Part shown: piece by piece, positions 31,201 to 43,042 of the stretch
Position numbering within the stretch: the stretch's first letter is position 1
Layout of the letters: every line of letters starts with the position of its first letter
Assembly: GCA_902538515.1 (NCBI GenBank)
Contig: CACBFH010000002.1
Location: forward strand, 20,893 to 84,892
Direction of reading: 5' to 3'
Length of the DNA stretch: 64,000 nt
Origin: an uncultured Prochlorococcus sp.
GTDB taxonomy: Bacteria; Cyanobacteriota; Cyanobacteriia; PCC-6307; Cyanobiaceae
Notes under the pieces: model-generated
Database searches by the model: none
What the model was told of the DNA's origin: nothing
The model's input: only the letters and a program-made list of their open reading frames with translations
Made by a program: the position numbers and the translations under genes

Positions 31201-32231
31201 TCAAAACTTACGGAGAATCACTTGCACAAATCTTATGGTTTGTTGGGGTAAAACCAAAACCAGATTCTGTTGGAAGAATTAACAAACTAGAATTAATCCC
31301 TTTAGAAGAATTAGGAAGGCCAAGAATAGATGTAGTAGTTAACTGTTCAGGAGTATTTAGAGATCTATTTATCAATCAAATGGCATTAATAGATCAGGCA
31401 GTTAAACTAGCAGCTGAAGCTGATGAGCCATTGGAATCTAATTTTGTAAGGAAACATTCACTAGAACAAGCAGAAAAAGAAGGCACTTCTATCAGAGAAG
31501 CTTCAGCGAGAGTATTCTCTAATGCAAGTGGAAGTTACAGTTCAAATGTTAATTTAGCCGTAGAAAATTCAACATGGGAGGAAGAAAATGAATTACAAGA
31601 AATGTATTTATCTCGCAAAACATATGCTTTTAATGCCGATAATCCAGGTGAGATGAATCAAAAAAGAGAAGTTTTTGAGTCAGTAATGAAAACAGCAGAT
31701 GTTACATTTCAAAACCTTGATTCTTCAGAGATTTCATTAACAGATGTAAGTCATTATTTTGATTCGGATCCAACAAAATTGATCAAGACATTAAGAGATG
31801 ATGGGAAAGAACCAAGTAGTTACATAGCGGACACAACCACTTCTAATGCTCAAGTTAGAACACTTGGAGAAACTATCAGATTAGACTCAAGAACAAAACT
31901 TTTAAATCCTAAGTGGTACGAAGGTATGCTCAAATCTGGTTACGAAGGGGTTAGAGAACTCTCTAACAGACTTAATTACACTCTTGGTTGGAGTGCGACA
32001 AGTGGTCAAGTAGATAATTTTGTATATGAAGAAACTAATGAAACATTTATAAATGACGAAGAGATGAGGAAAAGATTAATGGATCTTAATCCTAATAGTT
32101 TCAGAAGAATTGTTGGAACATTGCTAGAAGTCAATGGTAGGGGATATTGGGAAACTTCAGATGAGAATATAGAACAGTTGAAAGAACTATACCAAGAGGT
32201 TGAGGATAAAATCGAAGGAGTTAAAGAATAA
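28221..32231 (+). CDS. chlH: Magnesium chelatase subunit H
   Basis: 1336 aa, [26 protein letters not shown]. Confidence 0.98.
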   Translation: MFTQVRSANRRVSPVEDNKHKVVIKAVYVVLEPQYQNSLTEAAKSINKMNGPIGIDLSGYLIEELRNDSNFEDFKEDIANADIFVASLIFIEDLAQKVVDAVSPFKDKLKASIVFPSMPEVMRLNKLGSFSMAQLGQSKSIIGDLIKKKKESDGASFQDSMLKLLNTLPSILKYLPVEKAQDARTFILSFQYWLGGTTENLKNFLLMISEKYAVSEIIKDQIEEFKIQDPETFPDLGIWHPLAPCMFESLKEYQNWENNRKDTNPKDDKTPTIGLVLQRSHIVTGDDAHYVAVIQELEYRGARVLPIFCGGLDFSKPVNEFYYDSINKNQPIVDGVVSLTGFALVGGPARQDHPKAIESLKRLNRPYMVALPLVFQTTKEWEDSDLGLHPVQVALQIAIPELDGAIEPIILSGRDDATGKAHTLQDRVDVIAERAIKWSTLRVKQRKDKKLAITVFSFPPDKGNVGTAAYLNVFGSIYRVLLEMKSKGYQIDELPSNSKELMEKVINNPEAMNGSPELNIAHKMSVKEYEEFTPYSKRLEENWGKPPGNLNSDGQNLLIYGKHFGNVFIGVQPTFGYEGDPMRLLYSRSASPHHGFAAYYTYVEKIWGADAVLHFGTHGSLEFMPGKQMGMSETCYPDSLIGSLPNLYYYAANNPSEATIAKRRGYASTISYLTPPAENAGLYKGLKELSELVGSYQQLRENSRGIQIVNAIVETSKQCNLDKDVELPSKDIEELSIDERDLFVGNVYKQLMEIESRLLPCGLHTIGEAPTAEEAVATLVNIASLEREQEGLRSLPGLLAESIGLTIEQIFDGNNKGELQFVELNEKIIKTARESIFAMVNSLKIVDGRVYLEKSLLTKLFDLFKIFGLNLPTPWLRVCRLNGFNEVNQKELNKLFDYLLFCLEQVCADKEMDSLIKALDGNYVLPGPGGDPIRNPGVLPSGKNIHALDPQSIPTTAAVAAAKSVVDKLIERQKEEQGTWPETIACVLWGTDNIKTYGESLAQILWFVGVKPKPDSVGRINKLELIPLEELGRPRIDVVVNCSGVFRDLFINQMALIDQAVKLAAEADEPLESNFVRKHSLEQAEKEGTSIREASARVFSNASGSYSSNVNLAVENSTWEEENELQEMYLSRKTYAFNADNPGEMNQKREVFESVMKTADVTFQNLDSSEISLTDVSHYFDSDPTKLIKTLRDDGKEPSSYIADTTTSNAQVRTLGETIRLDSRTKLLNPKWYEGMLKSGYEGVRELSNRLNYTLGWSATSGQVDNFVYEETNETFINDEEMRKRLMDLNPNSFRRIVGTLLEVNGRGYWETSDENIEQLKELYQEVEDKIEGVKE

Positions 32232-32238
32232 TAAATTA

Positions 32239-33084
32239 TTATTTTCTGTAAATCTTATCAGCTACTTTCAGGATTTGATAATTTAGTTTGACGTTGTGAA
32301 CTCTCACAATGTCAATATTAAATTGAGAACAAAGACAACTTATTGCAAGTGTTCCTATATCCCTCTCTTTTGGATTTTCCTCATTTAAAATTTCTCCTAT
32401 AAATCTCTTCCTAGATGCACCTATCAAAATTGGCAAATTCCATTTTTTAAATACATCTAAGTTTCTCAAGATTTCCAAATTATGAATAATATCCTTTGAA
32501 AAACCAATTCCAGGATCAACTATTATATTTCTTTTAGATATATTTTTTTCTAAAGCATTTTTTATTAAATTATCAAGTGAGCATTTGACATCACTCAATA
32601 CATTCTTGTAATTAGAGAGTTGATTCATAGTTTGACTATTACCACGACTATGAGTTATGACGAATGGACAGTTGAATTTTGATACAACATCCAAAATTTT
32701 TATATCTTTTCTTCCTCCCGTGACGTCATTTATCCAATTAGCACCATTTAAAAGAGCTTCGTAAGCCACTTCAGAATTAAAAGTATCAATAGAAATTAAA
32801 ACATCTGGAAATTCAGTTTTTATTAATTTTAGATATGGGATCAATCTTTTTATTTCTATACTAGATCCAACTTCTTCAGCCCCAGGTCTCGTACTTTGAG
32901 CACCAAGATCAATAACATCAACACCATTACTCAAGAAATGATTCACTTGATCTAAAACTTTTTTTGAAGAGTTTAATTCCCCACCATCACTAAATGAATC
33001 AGGAGTTAAATTAATAACTCCCATAATTGAAGTTTTTTGGCCCCAGCCTTTTGGCCATTGATTTTTCTTATTGATAATTTGCAA
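32239..33084 (-). CDS. folP: Dihydropteroate synthase
   Basis: [29 protein letters not shown]. Confidence 0.96.
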   Translation of the reverse strand: MQIINKKNQWPKGWGQKTSIMGVINLTPDSFSDGGELNSSKKVLDQVNHFLSNGVDVIDLGAQSTRPGAEEVGSSIEIKRLIPYLKLIKTEFPDVLISIDTFNSEVAYEALLNGANWINDVTGGRKDIKILDVVSKFNCPFVITHSRGNSQTMNQLSNYKNVLSDVKCSLDNLIKNALEKNISKRNIIVDPGIGFSKDIIHNLEILRNLDVFKKWNLPILIGASRKRFIGEILNEENPKERDIGTLAISCLCSQFNIDIVRVHNVKLNYQILKVADKIYRK

Positions 33085-33793
33085 TTCTCGCGAAACTATT
33101 CGGATCTAATGAAGCCCCTCCAACTAACACCCCATCTATATCACTCATTGACATGATTTCGTCAATATTATTAGGCTTAACAGATCCTCCATATTGAATA
33201 ATTACATCATCAAAACCTATTAATTTCCGAATCAAAGAACATATCTTATTAGCGTCTTCTGCCTCACATGTTTTACCAGTGCCAATAGCCCATATTGGTT
33301 CATAGGCAACAATTAAATTAGATGGATCAGTATTTTCTAATCCTTGTTCAACCTGTCTAGTAATAACTCTATCTGCTTCTCCTCTCTCTCTTTGTTCTAA
33401 TGTTTCACCTACACATACTATTGGAGTAAGTCCACTAGATTGAGCAAAAACCGCTCTTTTATTAATTTGTTCATCACTTTCACTAAAATATTTCCTTGGT
33501 TCACTATGTCCAACAATTGCATATGAGACACCATGTTCAAGAAGCATTTTGGGAGAAATTTCTGCAGTAAATGCTCCTTGATCTTCCCAATGAATATTTT
33601 GACTAGAAATATCTATGTATTCAAAATCAGAATGATCAGAAAAGGTTGAAATGGCTGTAAAAGGCGGAGCAATAACAACTTTTCTATCGTCTTTAACTTT
33701 TTTTATTAAGGGAATAAACTCTTCTAAATAGGATTTAGCTTCAGCACAAGTCATGTGCATTTTCCAATTACCAGCAATTACAGATTTTCTCAA
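33068..33793 (-). CDS. tpiA: Triosephosphate isomerase
   Basis: [26 protein letters not shown]. Confidence 0.97.
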   Translation of the reverse strand: MRKSVIAGNWKMHMTCAEAKSYLEEFIPLIKKVKDDRKVVIAPPFTAISTFSDHSDFEYIDISSQNIHWEDQGAFTAEISPKMLLEHGVSYAIVGHSEPRKYFSESDEQINKRAVFAQSSGLTPIVCVGETLEQRERGEADRVITRQVEQGLENTDPSNLIVAYEPIWAIGTGKTCEAEDANKICSLIRKLIGFDDVIIQYGGSVKPNNIDEIMSMSDIDGVLVGGASLDPNSFARIANYQ

Positions 33794-33845
33794 AATACTA
33801 TCTCCAAGAAAAATATACTAATACAAAGTGAGTTGAATAAGCTAA

Positions 33846-34022
33846 CTATTCAAAAATTAATTCATTTTTTAGAAATATTACTTTATCTCCCTTGTTTAAC
33901 TTCCTTCCTCTCCTAGTCTCAATTACACCATTAACCTTAACAGAACCGGATTTAATAAAAATTTTTGCTTCGCCACCAGAAGATACCAAATTTTTCCATT
34001 TTAAGAATTGATCCAATTTCAT
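33846..34022 (-). CDS. RNA-binding S4 domain protein (YaaA-like), 58 aa
   Basis: MKLDQFLKWKNLVSSGGEAKIFIKSGSVKVNGVIETRRGRKL...; not in ORF track. Confidence 0.92.
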   Translation of the reverse strand: MKLDQFLKWKNLVSSGGEAKIFIKSGSVKVNGVIETRRGRKLNKGDKVIFLKNELIFE

Positions 34023-34080
34023 TGTTTTTTATACCTAAAGATATTGATAAAGTAGGATAAACAATTAAATATATAATATC

Positions 34081-35787
34081 TTGAGACTAATACCACCAGT
34101 CAGACCATATTCAAATAGGTTTATCAAGGGTTTTATATGCATGCTTATTTACGTAGCTTGTTGGCCTTTATTAGCTTACTTAGCTGGGAACTTAATCCCA
34201 GCAATTGGGTCAGGTGATCTCTCAAAAGTTTCAAGCATAATAATTAAGTCTTTATTTATATTTTTAGTTCAGAAAACTGCTCAATTTGGACAGGATGTAT
34301 TCATAGCAAAACCATCGTTAGAAATTAGTGAAGTGATGAGAGGAAATTTATTTAGCAGAATTCAAAAAATAAAGATGAATTCTGTTGAAAATATTTCAGC
34401 CGGGGACATCACATATAGACTTACAGAAGATGCAGATAGGGTAAGCGAAGTTATCTATAAAACAGCTCAAGATACTATTCCATGCACTTTACAGTTGTTA
34501 GCGGTAATAATCTACATGTTTTATTTAGATTGGTCACTCACAATATCAACATTTGTATTGGCACCATTAATTATTCTTTCAGTTAACAGTTTTGGAAGAA
34601 GAGTTTTAATAGCATCTGAAAAAAGTCAAGAATCAACAAGTAATTTAGCAGGTTTAATAGGTGAATCTATAAATGGAATGTACACGATAAGAGCCTTTGC
34701 TGCAGAAAATTGGATTGAGAAAAGATTTTATAAAAGATTAAGCACAAATAAAAAAGCAAAATATAAAACATTAAAACTACTTGCATTTCAACATCCAGTT
34801 GTAGGATTTGTTGAAGCATTTGGAATATTAGCAATATTAGGTTTAGGAGCCGCAAGAATCAATCTAGGACTTCTAACAAGTGAAGAATTTAGTAGTTTTT
34901 TTGCAGCAATATTAATGCTTATTGATCCAATAAGTCATGTAAGTACAAATTTTAATGACTTTAAACAGGCAGAAGCCTCAATAAAAAGGTTGAAAAACAT
35001 AAATCAAGAACCTGTTGAAGATGATAAAGAAAATTTACGACGTATATCAAATTTTGAAGGTAAGATAAGTTTCAAGAAAGTAAATTTCGCTTACAAAAAA
35101 GATAATCAAGTACTTAAAAATATCAATTTAGAAATTAAAAGAGGGGAAGTCACAGCATTTGTTGGAGCTTCTGGAGCTGGTAAAAGTACAATGTTGGCTT
35201 TGATATTAAAGTTTATAACTCCAAATAATGGAGACATTTTTATAGATGATAAAAATCTCAAAATATTAAATACAAAGGATATTAGAAAAAACATTGCATT
35301 AGTACAACAACAGCCTTTTTTATTTTCAGGGCGAATTATTGACGTAATAAAAATGGGGCGAAATTTCACCAAGGAAGAAGTAATAGAATCAGCTAAAAAA
35401 GCAAATGCTCACAACTTTATTCAAAAGCTACCTGATAGGTATGAAACTAAAATTACTGAAAGAGGAGCAAATTTTTCAGGTGGGCAGATCCAAAGAATAG
35501 CAATTGCTAGAGCAATTTTAGGGAATCCATCAATTCTCCTTCTAGATGAGGCCACTAGTGCATTAGATGCAGAATCAGAATCAGAAGTTAGAGAAGGACT
35601 AAATAAAGCAATGAGAAATAGAACAGTTATCGTCATTGCTCATAGATTAGCAACTACTCAAGAGGCAGATAAAATTGTCGTCTTCGATAAAGGAGAAATT
35701 GTTGAGGTTGGCAAACATAATGATTTACTCAGGGGCAAGGGTATCTATAAAGATTTCTGTGAAAAACAATTGATAAAGAGGCTATAA
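34081..35787 (+). CDS. ABC transporter, fused permease/ATPase (MsbA-like exporter)
   Basis: TM domain, GASGAGKST, FSGGQ, LLLDEATSALD. Confidence 0.93.
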   Translation: MRLIPPVRPYSNRFIKGFICMLIYVACWPLLAYLAGNLIPAIGSGDLSKVSSIIIKSLFIFLVQKTAQFGQDVFIAKPSLEISEVMRGNLFSRIQKIKMNSVENISAGDITYRLTEDADRVSEVIYKTAQDTIPCTLQLLAVIIYMFYLDWSLTISTFVLAPLIILSVNSFGRRVLIASEKSQESTSNLAGLIGESINGMYTIRAFAAENWIEKRFYKRLSTNKKAKYKTLKLLAFQHPVVGFVEAFGILAILGLGAARINLGLLTSEEFSSFFAAILMLIDPISHVSTNFNDFKQAEASIKRLKNINQEPVEDDKENLRRISNFEGKISFKKVNFAYKKDNQVLKNINLEIKRGEVTAFVGASGAGKSTMLALILKFITPNNGDIFIDDKNLKILNTKDIRKNIALVQQQPFLFSGRIIDVIKMGRNFTKEEVIESAKKANAHNFIQKLPDRYETKITERGANFSGGQIQRIAIARAILGNPSILLLDEATSALDAESESEVREGLNKAMRNRTVIVIAHRLATTQEADKIVVFDKGEIVEVGKHNDLLRGKGIYKDFCEKQLIKRL

Positions 35788-35816
35788 TTTAATTTAGCGG
35801 ATATAAAATTTAACCC

Positions 35817-36035
35817 ATGAGTGAGAATAAAAAAGATTCTGTCAACCCTGTTTTAACCTTTGAAGGGAAGAAGTATTTTATAAATGAACTTTCTAACGAC
35901 ATAAAAGAATCTATTAAAGACTTACAAATAGCGGAAACACAACTAAAAATGCATCAGGATACATTTAAATTACTATCAATTAGTCGATCCACTTTGGCAA
36001 ATCAATTAAGAGAAAAACTAAAAAAAATTGAGTAA
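35817..36035 (+). CDS. Small coiled-coil hypothetical protein (DUF6447-like)
   Basis: LTFEGKKYFINELS followed by a heptad helix. Confidence 0.7.
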   Translation: MSENKKDSVNPVLTFEGKKYFINELSNDIKESIKDLQIAETQLKMHQDTFKLLSISRSTLANQLREKLKKIE

Positions 36036-36038
36036 ATT

Positions 36039-39000
36039 TTAATAATTATGAATCTCTTGTAAAGAGTAAGTATCAATTTTATTATTTCGCAAAGCTTTAA
36101 TAGCTTTAATTGCTGCCTTGGCGCCAGGTATGGTTGTAAAAGTTGGAATACTATACTCTAGAGCAGCACGACGTAAATATGCATCATCATGAAGAGCCTG
36201 AGAACCAATTGGAGTATTTATTATTAATTGAACAAGTCCCGAACGAATTAGGTCCTCTATGTTGGGTCTACCTTCATGTACTTTTAGAACTTCTTCAACT
36301 TGAATACCTAGATCAGTCAAGTATGAAGCTGTTCCCTTTGTTGCAATTAATTTAAATTCTAAAATCAACAATTCCTTTGCAATTTCTTCAAGATTTTTTT
36401 TATCTAAATCATTTGTAGACAAAAAAGCTACACCCTCAGAAGGGACTCCATTTCCTGCCGCCAATTCTGACTTGGCATATGCAATTCCGAAATCTTTAGC
36501 TAAACCCATAACCTCTCCAGTAGATCTCATCTCCGGACCAAGAAGTGCATCAGAACCAGGAAACCTCTTAAAAGGTAAAACAGCCTCTTTAACTGCCTGA
36601 TATTTTGGAGAAAATTCCTCTGTAAAACCAATATCTTGCAATGTAAAGCCTTGCATTAATTGGGTAGCTAATTTTGCGATTGGTTTACCTATAGCCTTTG
36701 ACACAAATGGGACAGTTCTGGAAGCTCTTGGATTTGCCTCAAGAATAAATAATTTGTTTTCTTTATTATTCAAATTTGTCACTGCAAATTGCAAATTAAT
36801 TAAACCAACAACATTAAGTCGTTTTGCGATTAATTTAGTCCAAGTTTTTACAATATCTAGAATAGATGTTGGAAGAGAAATAGACGGTAAACAGCAAGCT
36901 GAATCACCAGAATGAATTCCTGCAGGTTCAACATGTTCCATTAAACCAGCAATTACAACTGAACCCTCTGAATCACATAAAGCATCAACATCTATCTCAA
37001 TTGCATTATTCAAATATTGATCAATAAGGATTGGATGATCAGGTGATACCTTCACCGCTTCAGAGATATACTTCGATAATTCATTCTCATCTTTAACAAT
37101 TTCCATTGCCCTGCCACCTAAAACATAAGAGGGTCTTACCACTAATGGGAAACTTATATTTTTTGCAACTATTTGTGCTTCATTTTCATTACGAGCTATT
37201 CCATTTAACGGTTGTCTAATATTTAATTCCTGAAGAATTTTTGTAAATTCCTCTCTGTCCTCAGCTAAATCGATTGAGATTGGCGAAGTTCCAAGAATTC
37301 TTGATCCAGTCTTAACTCCTTCACTAGATTTAAGCCACTCAAATAAAGGTAATGATAATTTCAAAGGAGTTTGACCTCCAAATTGCACAATCAAACCATA
37401 AGGATTTTCAGCTTCAATTATATTGAGCACATCCTCCAAAGTTACAGGTTCAAAATATAAAATATCACTAGTATCGTAATCTGTTGATACAGTTTCAGGA
37501 TTACTATTAACCATTATTGTTTTGTAACCATTAGTGGATGCTTGATATGAAGCATGACAACAACAGTAATCAAATTCTATTCCCTGGCCAATTCTGTTTG
37601 GACCACCTCCTAGGATCATAATTTTTTGAGATTCATTATTTTTTGAAATTTCGTTATCTAAAATTTGAGAATTTAAATTGATAAAAGGCTCTTCGTAAGT
37701 TGAGTAGTGGTAGGGCGTTGAGGATGAAAATTCTGCCGAACAAGTATCTACAGTTTTATAAATAGGTATAATTTCAAGTTTTTTTCTGTATTTTCTTACT
37801 TCAAAAAACTCTGAATTTGTTAAATTAGCTATCTGTTGATCTGAAAAGCCCAATTGTTTAGCTTTTAGCATCAAATCTTTATCTAAATTATGAAGTTCTT
37901 TTTCTCTCAAAAAATTATTTTCAAAATTAAATATATTTCGTAATTTTTCTATAAACCATAAATCTATATTTGTAACTTTTTGTATAAAAGAATTAGTTTT
38001 CCCGAGCTGCATTGCTTTTTTAATTATGAGAATTCTCTCAGATGTAGGGGTTCTTAAACTATTTTGCAAATCGTTCTCATTCTTGGGTTCATCAATAGAA
38101 TCACATTCCCATCCGTAAATACCCTCTTCCAAAGACCTTAATGCCTTTTGGAATGATTCTTCAAAAGAGCGGCCTATAGCCATTGATTCACCAACAGATT
38201 TCATTGCAGTGTTTAAAATGTTTGATGAACCTTTAAACTTTTCAAAGGCAAACCTGGGAATTTTTGTAACTACATAATCAATAGAGGGTTCAAAACATGC
38301 AGGTGTTTTTTTTGTAATGTCGTTAATAATCTCATCAAGTGTGTAACCAACAGATAATAAAGCTGCAATCTTAGCGATAGGGAATCCAGTTGCTTTACTT
38401 GCCAAAGCAGAAGATCTACTTACACGAGGATTCATCTCAATAACAATTACTTCACCATTAGATGGATTAATTGCAAATTGAATATTACTCCCTCCAGTTT
38501 CAACTCCTACTTCCCTAATGATTTTTAATGACAAGTCTCTCAATCTCTGATATTCCTTATCTGTTAACGTCTGTGCGGGGGCTACAGTAATTGAATCTCC
38601 AGTGTGGATACCCATCGGATCTAAATTTTCAATACTGCAAACTATTACTACATTATCTGCAGTGTCTCTCATAACCTCTAATTCAAATTCTTTCCATCCA
38701 ATAAGTGATTTTTCAATCAATATTTGATTACTAGGACTTTCCTCTAAACCTGTAGTACATAATTCAACAAATTCTTCAAGGTTATATGCAATTCCACCTC
38801 CAACACCACCCAAAGTAAAAGCTGGTCTAATTATAAGAGGATAGGAATTAATTTTTTTTGATACTTCTTTTGCTTCATTAAGATTAGACGCTATCCCAGA
38901 TGGGCATACATTTACACTTATTTTTTCCATCGATTCTTTAAACAATTTTCTATCTTCAGCCTTATTAATAGCTCTTAAATCAGCACCAATTAATTCAATA

Positions 39001-39335
39001 TTATTTTTTTTCAAAAAGTCAGACTCTGATAATTCAACCGCAAGGTTCAAAGCAGTTTGACCACCCATAGTGGGAAGTATTGCGTCAGGTTTTTCTCTTA
39101 AAATGATCTGTGAAACAATTTCAAGGGTTAATGGTTCGATGTAGGTTTTGTTTGCGATGTCGGGGTCAGTCATTATCGATGCAGGATTTGAATTTATCAA
39201 GATAATTTCATAACCAGCTTTTCTTAGTGCTTTGCAAGCTTGAGTTCCAGAGTAATCAAATTCACAAGCTTGTCCTATTACAATCGGGCCTGAACCAAGA
39301 ATAAGAATTTTTTCAAGATCCCTCCTTTGAGGCAT
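36039..39335 (-). CDS. carB: Carbamoyl-phosphate synthase large subunit
   Basis: [17 protein letters not shown], duplicated ATP-grasp, MGS domain. Confidence 0.98.
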   Translation of the reverse strand: MPQRRDLEKILILGSGPIVIGQACEFDYSGTQACKALRKAGYEIILINSNPASIMTDPDIANKTYIEPLTLEIVSQIILREKPDAILPTMGGQTALNLAVELSESDFLKKNNIELIGADLRAINKAEDRKLFKESMEKISVNVCPSGIASNLNEAKEVSKKINSYPLIIRPAFTLGGVGGGIAYNLEEFVELCTTGLEESPSNQILIEKSLIGWKEFELEVMRDTADNVVIVCSIENLDPMGIHTGDSITVAPAQTLTDKEYQRLRDLSLKIIREVGVETGGSNIQFAINPSNGEVIVIEMNPRVSRSSALASKATGFPIAKIAALLSVGYTLDEIINDITKKTPACFEPSIDYVVTKIPRFAFEKFKGSSNILNTAMKSVGESMAIGRSFEESFQKALRSLEEGIYGWECDSIDEPKNENDLQNSLRTPTSERILIIKKAMQLGKTNSFIQKVTNIDLWFIEKLRNIFNFENNFLREKELHNLDKDLMLKAKQLGFSDQQIANLTNSEFFEVRKYRKKLEIIPIYKTVDTCSAEFSSSTPYHYSTYEEPFINLNSQILDNEISKNNESQKIMILGGGPNRIGQGIEFDYCCCHASYQASTNGYKTIMVNSNPETVSTDYDTSDILYFEPVTLEDVLNIIEAENPYGLIVQFGGQTPLKLSLPLFEWLKSSEGVKTGSRILGTSPISIDLAEDREEFTKILQELNIRQPLNGIARNENEAQIVAKNISFPLVVRPSYVLGGRAMEIVKDENELSKYISEAVKVSPDHPILIDQYLNNAIEIDVDALCDSEGSVVIAGLMEHVEPAGIHSGDSACCLPSISLPTSILDIVKTWTKLIAKRLNVVGLINLQFAVTNLNNKENKLFILEANPRASRTVPFVSKAIGKPIAKLATQLMQGFTLQDIGFTEEFSPKYQAVKEAVLPFKRFPGSDALLGPEMRSTGEVMGLAKDFGIAYAKSELAAGNGVPSEGVAFLSTNDLDKKNLEEIAKELLILEFKLIATKGTASYLTDLGIQVEEVLKVHEGRPNIEDLIRSGLVQLIINTPIGSQALHDDAYLRRAALEYSIPTFTTIPGAKAAIKAIKALRNNKIDTYSLQEIHNY

Positions 39336-39443
39336 AATTTAGAAGCTTAATTTATTCCATGCTACTTATAAATCATCAGATGTTAATCAAGTTACTTGAA
39401 AAGCAACATTTGTTTCTATAGTATTGGTAGAAAATAATTTTTT

Positions 39444-40082
39444 ATGAGCGAACTTCAGCGACTTAAAAGTTTGTTGCCTCCTGAGAATGAAAGCTGGGTA
39501 TTTATTGAAGCTACTGCTGCAATAGATCCCCCACTCATAACACTTGAGGAAATTGGTCGTGACGAAGTTGAAATACAAATAGATTTAGATGAATGGGACA
39601 ACTTTGCTATCGACCATAGAAATTTATTATTTTGGCACGAAGTAGGGAAAATTCAAAATGATGCAATACCCAGAGATGGATGGGAAATGGCTGCTCTTGC
39701 TATAGGGCTAGGAGGAGCGATAGGGGAATTGTGGGTTCAAGACGGGCTACTTCTACTACTTGCTCTTGGCTTGTCAAGTTTTGCGGGTTATAGATTATAT
39801 TTAAAAAATAATTCTGAGAAAAAACTGCAAGATGCAATTTTTGCAGATGAAAGAGCAATAGATTTAGCTTGTAGATTTGGATACAGTATCCCAAATGCTT
39901 ATAAAAGTCTTGGTGGAGCTCTAAAAGAATTAATTGAGAAAACCAGAAAAAAGAAAAAAAGAAGTTTTTTTGAGGATAGATTAGATGCCTTAAGAAAAAG
40001 TGCTGAAAAAGCCAGATCAGAATTGTCTCAGCAAGAAGGTTCAGAAAAATCCGTCTCAAGTGAAAATGTTTATGGACAATAA
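39444..40082 (+). CDS. DUF3318 family protein
   Basis: ELQRLKSLLP and RNLLFWHEV motifs; usual neighbour of rsfS. Confidence 0.82.
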   Translation: MSELQRLKSLLPPENESWVFIEATAAIDPPLITLEEIGRDEVEIQIDLDEWDNFAIDHRNLLFWHEVGKIQNDAIPRDGWEMAALAIGLGGAIGELWVQDGLLLLLALGLSSFAGYRLYLKNNSEKKLQDAIFADERAIDLACRFGYSIPNAYKSLGGALKELIEKTRKKKKRSFFEDRLDALRKSAEKARSELSQQEGSEKSVSSENVYGQ

Positions 40083-40416
40083 AAGTTTGGTTTTGATGGC
40101 AGCTAAAGCTTGTGATGAAAAAAAGGCTAAAGATATAAAACTTATCAAAATAGACAAAGTATCCTTCATAAGTGAATGGATATTAATTGCAGAGGGATTA
40201 TCTGACGTTCAAGTAAGATCTATAACTAATTCTGTAGAGGGAGAATTGAGAAATAAGGCTAATATTGAACCGATTAGAAAAGAAGGTGTAAACGAAGCAA
40301 AATGGGCATTACTCGATTATGGTAATTTGATTGTTAATATTTTTCAACCTGACATAAGAAAATATTATGATCTTGAATCGTTTTGGAGTAATGGAGATAA
40401 TCTTGCATTCCCATAA
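40072..40416 (+). CDS. rsfS: Ribosome silencing factor (Iojap)
   Basis: KKAKDI, WALLDYG, YYDLESFW; ATG at 40072 preferred. Confidence 0.94.
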   Translation: MDNKSLVLMAAKACDEKKAKDIKLIKIDKVSFISEWILIAEGLSDVQVRSITNSVEGELRNKANIEPIRKEGVNEAKWALLDYGNLIVNIFQPDIRKYYDLESFWSNGDNLAFP

Positions 40417-40425
40417 TCTATTTTC

Positions 40426-40920
40426 ATGAACGAATCTAAATGTCCTGTACCTAGAGAACAACAACCTACAAATGAATTTATTGAATTATCGAAATCTAAA
40501 ATTTTTTCATGGCCAAAAACTAAAAAAACACTAATTCTTGTATTGGCTAAATTTTGGTTAATTACTTTTGTCCTTTTTCTTGCTATTTCTTCTGGAAGTA
40601 TATATTTCAAAACATCAACTTTAAAATATATTTTACTAAGTTTTTTTAGCAGCTTATCAATACCAATTTTAATTTCTATAAGGTTATATCTTGGTTGGAA
40701 TCATATATTTAGAAGATTGATTTCTGAAAGAGTAGAGTATGAAGAATCTGGTTGGTATGACGGTCAAGTATGGCTAAAGCCGTTAGTTTTAAAGGAAAAA
40801 GAATCACTAATTGCCTCAATTGAGGTAAAGCCTATTTTAAAAAATTTAATTCAAATTAGTTCTATTTTCTCAATCCTGGCATTATTAGGAATACTGCTTT
40901 TTCAATACAACAATTTCTAA
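40426..40920 (+). CDS. CGLD27/Ycf36 (DUF1230) protein
   Basis: CPVPREQQPTNE and YEESGWYDGQVW. Confidence 0.92.
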   Translation: MNESKCPVPREQQPTNEFIELSKSKIFSWPKTKKTLILVLAKFWLITFVLFLAISSGSIYFKTSTLKYILLSFFSSLSIPILISIRLYLGWNHIFRRLISERVEYEESGWYDGQVWLKPLVLKEKESLIASIEVKPILKNLIQISSIFSILALLGILLFQYNNF

Positions 40921-41886
40921 ATGAGTTCAAACTTCAAAAACCTTTATACATCGAATAATCCTCCTTTACAAGCAACCTTAATAAGAGGATCCAAGATTGA
41001 GTCAATACATAAAATTCATGCTGTTATCAGCGACAAAAAAGGAAGGGTTTTAATGTGCGCAGGAAATCCAGAATATAAAAGTTTCATAAGGTCAGCATTA
41101 AAACCATTTCAGGCAATTCCATTTGTTAGTAGTGGAGCTGCATCAAAAATCAATGATGCATCCAAATCAATAGCAATAGCATGCGGTTCACATAGTGGTT
41201 CAAAAATTCATTCAAGGGAAGCCTTCAGAATATTATGGGAATACGACATAGACATTCAAAATTTGAAATGTCCAACATCAAAGTCAAGCCCATTAGAACA
41301 TAATTGCTCAGGCAAACATGCTGCTTTTCTAGCAACATGCAAAAAATTGAATTGGCCAATTGAGAGTTATTTAAAAGGGGATCATCCACTTCAAATAGAA
41401 ATATTCAGAATTGTTTCAGAATTACTTAAAATACCTATTTCAGAAATTAAAGCTGAACGTGATGATTGTGGTGCACCCACTCTTTATTTAAAACTTTTAG
41501 AAATGTCCAAGTTATATTCACTTCTTAGCGGCTCCGACAATGCTGAGTTAGAGCAAATCTGCAGAGCCATGATAAATAACCCTTTAATGATAAGTGACAA
41601 CAACAAATTCGATACTGAAATCATTAAAGCCTCTCATGGGCAAGTTATAGGTAAAGGTGGAGCAGAGGGGATACAATGTTTATGCAAAGTAAATGAAGGG
41701 ATAGGACTAGCTTTAAAAGTAGAAGACGGATCAAAAAGAGCAAAGCATGCAGTTAGTCTTCACTTACTAAAACAATTAGAGTGGATTTCTGACTTAAGGA
41801 TTCAAGATATTGAAGAAAAGGTGTTTGATTTTTCTGAAGGAGTTCGAATTGAAGTTCAAGGTAAATTAAAATTCCAGGAATCCTAA
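40921..41886 (+). CDS. Asparaginase II family protein
   Basis: RSALKPFQA, HNCSGKHA, DDCGAP, KGGAEG. Confidence 0.9.
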   Translation: MSSNFKNLYTSNNPPLQATLIRGSKIESIHKIHAVISDKKGRVLMCAGNPEYKSFIRSALKPFQAIPFVSSGAASKINDASKSIAIACGSHSGSKIHSREAFRILWEYDIDIQNLKCPTSKSSPLEHNCSGKHAAFLATCKKLNWPIESYLKGDHPLQIEIFRIVSELLKIPISEIKAERDDCGAPTLYLKLLEMSKLYSLLSGSDNAELEQICRAMINNPLMISDNNKFDTEIIKASHGQVIGKGGAEGIQCLCKVNEGIGLALKVEDGSKRAKHAVSLHLLKQLEWISDLRIQDIEEKVFDFSEGVRIEVQGKLKFQES

Positions 41887-41934
41887 AGAATTAAAAAAAT
41901 TTACCCTTTCAGATGTATTATGCTAAGTATGTGA

Positions 41935-42011
<77 letters not shown>

Positions 42012-42014
42012 TAT

Positions 42015-42041
42015 AAAAGCAGCTTGAAAGCTGCTTTTTTT
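42015..42041 (+). terminator. Rho-independent terminator of tRNA-fMet
   Basis: AAAAGCAGCT-TGAA-AGCTGCTTTTTTT. Confidence 0.88.
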
Positions 42042-42378
42042 ATTTTTCAATTAATTTATTAACTCAAAAAAATCTATACAAAACAGAAAGTTAATCTAAG
42101 AAAAAGGGTTATCAAAACTCTTTAGAGATCCTTTTGCATGGAAAATTTGAAATTTACTCTGACTATTAGACCAACAATGATAAAAAATATCCCTATGTAA
42201 GAGTTCAAAGATAGTTCCAAGATTCTAAATTAAGTTTATCACTACAACTTTAGCTCAAAAAATATTTCAACCCAATATTCTCATAAAAAGGATTTTTAAA
42301 AAACAAAAAAAATTGTCCTTTAAGCCTATTGAATAAAAAACTTTTAAAGTAAAGTTAAATTTGTTAATCCAGAAAATT

Positions 42379-42525
42379 ATGCAGAACTTACTACAGCGCG
42401 ATTTGGGTTCTAGCCTTCTTTCAGGAGTAATTATCCTAGGTTGGTTAGGTTTGTTTTTTGTATTCTTGAGAATATTAACAATCTCAATAAAAAAGATTCT
42501 TGAAGCAATATTCAAAAAATCATAA
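42379..42525 (+). CDS. Small membrane protein, 48 aa
   Basis: MQNLLQRDLGSSLLSGVIILGWLGLFFVFLRILTISIKKILEAIFKKS*; more gene-like than the antisense ORF. Confidence 0.55.
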   Translation: MQNLLQRDLGSSLLSGVIILGWLGLFFVFLRILTISIKKILEAIFKKS

Positions 42526-42594
42526 TTTATTTAAATTAATCAAATATTTAAATTAAACCCATAATTTATCTACAATAAGTATAATGACCTAAAA

Positions 42595-42984
42595 ATGGCA
42601 ATTTTAGACAAAGCCAAAATAGGAAACTCTGTTCAGGTAAATCTAGAACTATCAAAAGATAGACTTAGTAAAGAAATTATTGAGGCTATCAAATTATCTT
42701 CTAAGGGTACAATAACTGGTTACAAAATCACTGATGGCAAAGGTATTGGAGTCGTCTTGAAATTATCTAATGGCAAAGAGCAATGGTTTTTTGAAGATGA
42801 AATAGATTTTCTTGATGAGAGTGGAAGGGTTTTAACAAAAATCTACGAGCCAAGAAAGAGTAATAGCTCTATATTTAATACTTTAAAATTATTAGATTAT
42901 GATAATAAAAATAATATTGGAGAATTACTGAATCCAATTAATTTTTTTCTCTGGCTGGTTGTATCGTTTAAAGATATTTTCTAA
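42595..42984 (+). CDS. petP: Cytochrome b6f-associated PetP (DUF2862) protein with C-terminal extension
   Basis: GYKITDGKGIGVVLKLSNGKEQWFFEDEI. Confidence 0.8.
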   Translation: MAILDKAKIGNSVQVNLELSKDRLSKEIIEAIKLSSKGTITGYKITDGKGIGVVLKLSNGKEQWFFEDEIDFLDESGRVLTKIYEPRKSNSSIFNTLKLLDYDNKNNIGELLNPINFFLWLVVSFKDIF

Positions 42985-43042
42985 ATTATTAAATAATTAT
43001 CTAACATAGAAAAAGTTTATAAAAAATATTTCAAAGAGATAA

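Noticed and set aside
42267-42515. 82 aa minus-strand ORF
   Set aside because: The opposite-strand ORF 42379-42525 has a clean TM helix and ATG start and is more plausible
42012-42594. Integrative element or integrase remnant at tRNA-fMet
   Set aside because: No recombinase-like translation or att repeat recognised
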